Source: a virus
Taxonomy: Duplodnaviria; Caudoviricetes
IMG/VR virus record: IMGVR_UViG_3300031555_003626
Coordinates: 1 to 64,000 of that record
DNA length: 64,000 bases
Strand: one strand, 5' to 3'
Below the pieces are notes generated by a model. It did not search any database, had not been told where the DNA came from, and saw only the letters and a list, made by a program, of their open reading frames with translations. Position numbers and translations under genes: made by a program. Numbering within the stretch: position 1 is the stretch's first letter; every line of letters starts with the position of its first letter. Below, piece after piece: positions 60,152 through 64,000 of this stretch.

Positions 60152-60667
60152 ATGTCAGACGCTAGAAATGACTATGGCTTTCTCATCCGTGGAAATGACA
60201 TAAAATTATATCGTGCTTGGTTTAAAGAAATGACCCGGTTACACGGTATTAACGTCATTTATAAAGAACCTTTAAAAAATAAAGACTATGACAATAGAGG
60301 CGATCTAATTAGTGGATATAAGCCTGGAATTACGGTTGGCTGTATCTTTCAAGAGCACCCTGACCAGAAATCGCTTAAGAAGATGGGCTGGGTTGCAGAG
60401 CTCCAAGAAGGCTCTTCTATTATTCATGTGCCTTATGATTTACCAGGGCTTCAAATTGGCGCTCTTTTCGACGTTCCGAGCGGACTAGATAAGGCTAAGC
60501 CAAGAACATTCCGTGTAATTAGCCTACAGAATATTATGATTTATCCTGCTTCTGTTGCATGTGAAATTGCTCTTGAGTATGAGTCAATAGATGAACAGCA
60601 TTTAACTATGACTGCGCATGAAAAAGAAGATATGCCTTTACTAATTGACCGAGAAGAGGATGATTAG
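60152..60667 (+). CDS. Head closure/neck protein candidate (gp14-like)
   Basis: Position and the LHGINVIY...LKKMGW pattern. Confidence 0.45.
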   Translation: MSDARNDYGFLIRGNDIKLYRAWFKEMTRLHGINVIYKEPLKNKDYDNRGDLISGYKPGITVGCIFQEHPDQKSLKKMGWVAELQEGSSIIHVPYDLPGLQIGALFDVPSGLDKAKPRTFRVISLQNIMIYPASVACEIALEYESIDEQHLTMTAHEKEDMPLLIDREEDD

Positions 60668-60672
60668 AATTT

Positions 60673-62127
60673 ATGAATATTCCAATAACATTTCTCACTG
60701 AGGCTATTGATAGTCAAAGTGTTTTAAAAATATTAATTAATAAAAATAAACAAATTGATATAAACCATCCTAAGTATAATTATTATAAGTCACTGGCTGA
60801 CTGGGCTAACCCTAGACAGCAGGAAAAAATAAAAAAGATTGACTTAAGCACCCTTAAATTATCTGACAGAAGTTTAATTGGAAAAAAACTTATTAGCCGA
60901 CATAACACACTCGGTAGCTTATTGGACGCGCTGAAAAACTTAATGGACCAAGAAGGCCGGTACAATCCTGAAAGCGAATTAGCTCAGCTAATTCAGCAAA
61001 CTACCGTAGACGTCTTAGCAAGCTTAAGTAAACTAGAAGATAGCAGCAAGCTACCCGAAGACCCGGAAGAAGAACCAACTAAACCGGAAGAAGCTAATAA
61101 GCCGGAAGAGCCAGATAATGATGATATAGAGCTTTATCAAGGTATGGACTGGACTGCTGAAAAAGCTCAAAGACTTAAAAGTAGCGAGGGCGCTCCGTCT
61201 ACGATACTCGATAAATTCTATGATGATTATTATAGTGTGGAATATGCTGGTGTAGAATCACCCGAAAAAGACACAAAAGGTATAGTAGCTAAGTTAAAGA
61301 ACTTAGATAAAATTCTAATTCCTGAATTTAATGCCCTCGGATATAACCCCGAAGTAAACCCACTTGCACAGTTTTTAAAACTCTTAATTGAGTATAAACC
61401 AGATATATTTAATAGACTTACTATAAATACTTACGGTGCTGTCCATAATTCTTTTATAAATAAATATATTACGGGTAATATGCTCGGTAAAAAATTTGAT
61501 GAGACAAATATCTTATTCTGCAGCGATCTTTATGCTAATAATGGATTAGATATAATAGAATATTTATCGCTTCAAGATCAAGTTCTTAAAGCCAAAAAGA
61601 ATAGTGAATACGTAGAGGATGCCTATCTCATAGCTAAAATATTCATTCAGCAAAGTATTCAACCTGAACAAGCAGAACAAAAATCGAATTATAGTGCTCA
61701 GGTAGAAAAGCTACTAGATATGCAAAAACCTAAACAGCCTGGTGACGATAATGCTAAACTGAGGTCTTTACTTGAGATACGAGAACTCTATCGACACATA
61801 TTTAAAGTCGAAGCTGAGAAGACTAAGAAAAAGGTAAATTTAAAAACTGTTAATGATATAGTAGACGAAGCCGAAAAACAAGATGTCGTACTAGATATGA
61901 TAAAGCTTATCCTAGCTCAGAATGATTATGCTGGCTCTACTAAGTACGCAGAAGAAGCTCAAATGTTTGATGGCTGGCTTGATAAGCGTAATCATACATA
62001 CACTAATAAAAGTATTGAGACAAGTAGAAAGATACTTTTAGATTACACCTTAAATGCTGAAGCTCTCAGTTTAATAATACAAAACTTAGTACACCGTATA
62101 AACGAGCCGACGGAGAACAAGAAATAA
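60673..62127 (+). CDS. Hypothetical protein
   Basis: Long ORF starting MNIPITFLTEA. Confidence 0.7.
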   Translation: MNIPITFLTEAIDSQSVLKILINKNKQIDINHPKYNYYKSLADWANPRQQEKIKKIDLSTLKLSDRSLIGKKLISRHNTLGSLLDALKNLMDQEGRYNPESELAQLIQQTTVDVLASLSKLEDSSKLPEDPEEEPTKPEEANKPEEPDNDDIELYQGMDWTAEKAQRLKSSEGAPSTILDKFYDDYYSVEYAGVESPEKDTKGIVAKLKNLDKILIPEFNALGYNPEVNPLAQFLKLLIEYKPDIFNRLTINTYGAVHNSFINKYITGNMLGKKFDETNILFCSDLYANNGLDIIEYLSLQDQVLKAKKNSEYVEDAYLIAKIFIQQSIQPEQAEQKSNYSAQVEKLLDMQKPKQPGDDNAKLRSLLEIRELYRHIFKVEAEKTKKKVNLKTVNDIVDEAEKQDVVLDMIKLILAQNDYAGSTKYAEEAQMFDGWLDKRNHTYTNKSIETSRKILLDYTLNAEALSLIIQNLVHRINEPTENKK

Positions 62128-62453
62128 TGTTTTTTTCGATAAAAACAGATAGTAAAAAACCTATAAGTATTATAAAACTAAAAACGTTAGTTAGAGCTCG
62201 ATCACTTATTTCTCTATATCCTATGCGAGGCACTGAAGTAATTTTAAATAATTATCTAGTAGAAAACTATAAGCTTACCTTAAAAAACGCTTGTTTTTTA
62301 TTACTGGCTAATTTGTATTTTAGCGCCGGGGAAGAAAATGAAATTATCTTCTTTTTTAAAGATGAAAAGTATGACCAGCTTGCTAGAATAATTACTTATG
62401 GAATAGATAATATTTCTGGCAGTCAAATATTAAAAACCGCGCTGAGTACCTAA
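62127..62453 (+). CDS. Hypothetical protein
   Basis: TAATG-coupled ORF. Confidence 0.6.
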   Translation: MFFSIKTDSKKPISIIKLKTLVRARSLISLYPMRGTEVILNNYLVENYKLTLKNACFLLLANLYFSAGEENEIIFFFKDEKYDQLARIITYGIDNISGSQILKTALST

Positions 62454-62469
62454 GAAAGGAGTATTTGCT

Positions 62470-63117
62470 ATGGCAATAAGTTATTATGATGATGCAGTTA
62501 CTGCTAAAATAAAGGGTTGGCTAGCTGATAGCTCTACGCTAAGAGTACTCAACCCGGATGAAACAAAGAGAGCTATTGAGCTACACGCTGAAGACTCTGG
62601 TGATAAGCCGCTACAACTGCCTCTATTAACAATATCTAGAAATAAAGAGCTCGAAATAGCTAATCCAATTAAACAAAGTAAATCTTTTGATGGCTTAGTA
62701 ATTCAAAATGATACTACAAATGCTGCGACGGTTCATATGAATGTCATTCCAGTAAAAACACTTTATCAATTAGATATCTATACAAAAAGACAACTTGATG
62801 CAGATGAATATGTACGGCAGTTTTTATTTAAGCTAATAAATAACCCACAAATTATTGTAGAAATTCCTTATAATAACTACTTAGTTAAACACACAGCAAA
62901 TTTAAGAGTTTTAAATAGTGTTTCTGATACAAGCGATATTCCAAATCACCTTTTCCCTGGGCAGTTTTATCGTTGGACAATTCAGCTAGAGCTTCAAGAT
63001 GGTTTTCTATTTAGTATACCATATAAAAAGAATTGGCGCTTTATTGGTGTTGAATACAACTTTAGTGAGAAAATAGAAGACCCTGAGCTTGACACGAAAG
63101 AACAATTTATTTGCTAA
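62470..63117 (+). CDS. Tail terminator/completion protein candidate (gp15-like)
   Basis: LPLLTISR and PVKTLYQLDIYT patterns; immediately upstream of the sheath. Confidence 0.55.
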   Translation: MAISYYDDAVTAKIKGWLADSSTLRVLNPDETKRAIELHAEDSGDKPLQLPLLTISRNKELEIANPIKQSKSFDGLVIQNDTTNAATVHMNVIPVKTLYQLDIYTKRQLDADEYVRQFLFKLINNPQIIVEIPYNNYLVKHTANLRVLNSVSDTSDIPNHLFPGQFYRWTIQLELQDGFLFSIPYKKNWRFIGVEYNFSEKIEDPELDTKEQFIC

Positions 63118-63203
63118 AAATTATTTGCTAAATTAATTGAGTTTAGTGACTCACAAATTTAATGTATAAAAATTATTAAAATAAATAAGGAGATTCATTT
63201 AGT

Positions 63204-64000
63204 ATGCCAAAAATACTTATTAATGAAATTGATAGAACTACTGCCGGCACTCCCGGTGAGTACTCTAATAACACTGTTCTTATTTGTGGTTTCTCAGCAA
63301 GAACAAATGAAGACATCATTGCTGGCGGCGTAGATGCTGGTTATACCCTCCCTGATGAAAACGGTGTTTTTGAGTTCTACTCTAAAAATGACTTTGAAGA
63401 CACAATTGGTAAAGTGTCTCCATTTTTAAGTGAAAATGAGCACATCCCTGCACACTATGGTAACCAGATGGCTTATGAGCTACTTAAGCAAGGTTATCCT
63501 AGCGTAATTTATCTATCTCTTGGTAAGGTACCTAGCACAGACAAAGAAATTGTAGAAGCTTTAGAAAGAATTGCTGATACAGATACTTGGGAGATTTTTA
63601 AGGATAAAGCAAGTTATGACTTTAGATTTGTTACTCACGGCTTGTTAGCTTCTCATGATACTCATGACCTTAAGACTGCCACTGAGAATAAAGAAAAAGC
63701 AACAAAAGATTATACCGATGCAGAAAAGGCTTATAACGACGCCGTAGCGGCTAAAGCAGAGCTTGAGGCAGAAGAAGGTTATAATGCAGATTCAGCTGAA
63801 GCAAAGGCAGCGGATAAAGCAATAGCTAATGCAGCTAAGGCAAAGGAGGCAGCAGAGGCTGCTCTTAACGCTGCAATTACTGCATACGACTATGCACACG
63901 CAGACTGCTTCTCTGAAAGTGACTTTGAAGCGGCTAATGAAGCAATTGTTGGTCTTGCTACTTATGCTAAGCAGACTGAGGACTATGAAGCTGTTCCTGG
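63204..64000 (+). CDS. Tail sheath protein, 3'-truncated by the window edge
   Basis: AAGGAG RBS; MPKILINEIDRT...DFEDTIG; frame open to the end of the window. Confidence 0.65.
   Translation, partial: MPKILINEIDRTTAGTPGEYSNNTVLICGFSARTNEDIIAGGVDAGYTLPDENGVFEFYSKNDFEDTIGKVSPFLSENEHIPAHYGNQMAYELLKQGYPSVIYLSLGKVPSTDKEIVEALERIADTDTWEIFKDKASYDFRFVTHGLLASHDTHDLKTATENKEKATKDYTDAEKAYNDAVAAKAELEAEEGYNADSAEAKAADKAIANAAKAKEAAEAALNAAITAYDYAHADCFSESDFEAANEAIVGLATYAKQTEDYEAVP

Larger units (their letters stand above)
4668..63135 (+). promoter_or_regulatory. Dispersed GCTAAATT(A/T) motif, putative late promoter (14 copies)
   Basis: At 4668, 11843, 14576, 18196, 21478, 23749, 35304, 38143, 44413, 48135, 53774, 54207, 57697, 63127; always intergenic and usually a short distance before an RBS. 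Confidence 0.75.

Noticed and set aside
1-64000. tRNA, rRNA, integrase or CRISPR array
   Set aside because: None recognised by eye; tRNAscan and Infernal were not run.

Overview
64 kb of a large, AT-rich lytic myovirus genome with T4-like head and tail genes. All credible genes are on the + strand and use the standard code (TAA, TGA and TAG all end real genes). The host is probably a Bacillota/Clostridia-type bacterium, inferred from strong GGAGG RBSs, a Clostridia-like ThyA and an amidase_3 plus PG-binding endolysin. 1-35 kb holds nucleotide metabolism (thyA-like, dCMP deaminase, DHFR, dUTPase), a candidate origin, replication (loader, helicase, primase, SSB, fragmented family A polymerase, beta clamp, DnaX/HolB/HolA-like loader) and recombination (RecA, two resolvases, SbcCD). 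35-64 kb holds topoisomerase IA, an AAA+/peptidase/vWA trio, a nucleotidyltransferase, endolysin, terminase, portal, protease-scaffold, capsid, neck and the start of the sheath. The best finding is the polymerase locus. It is cut into three separately initiated pieces with Hint/intein-like tails, and a free-standing GIY-YIG endonuclease sits between pieces 2 and 3. Piece 3 carries a 12-nt insert (TTG-TGA-CGA-AAC-TTG) inside catalytic motif B that is removed exactly by a matched-codon ribosomal hop, closely paralleling the T4 mobA/gene 60 bypass cassette. A second system is a set of late-promoter 'cargo cassettes' with a shared leader peptide and shared terminator inserted among replication genes. 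All calls come from reading motifs by eye; no searches were run.
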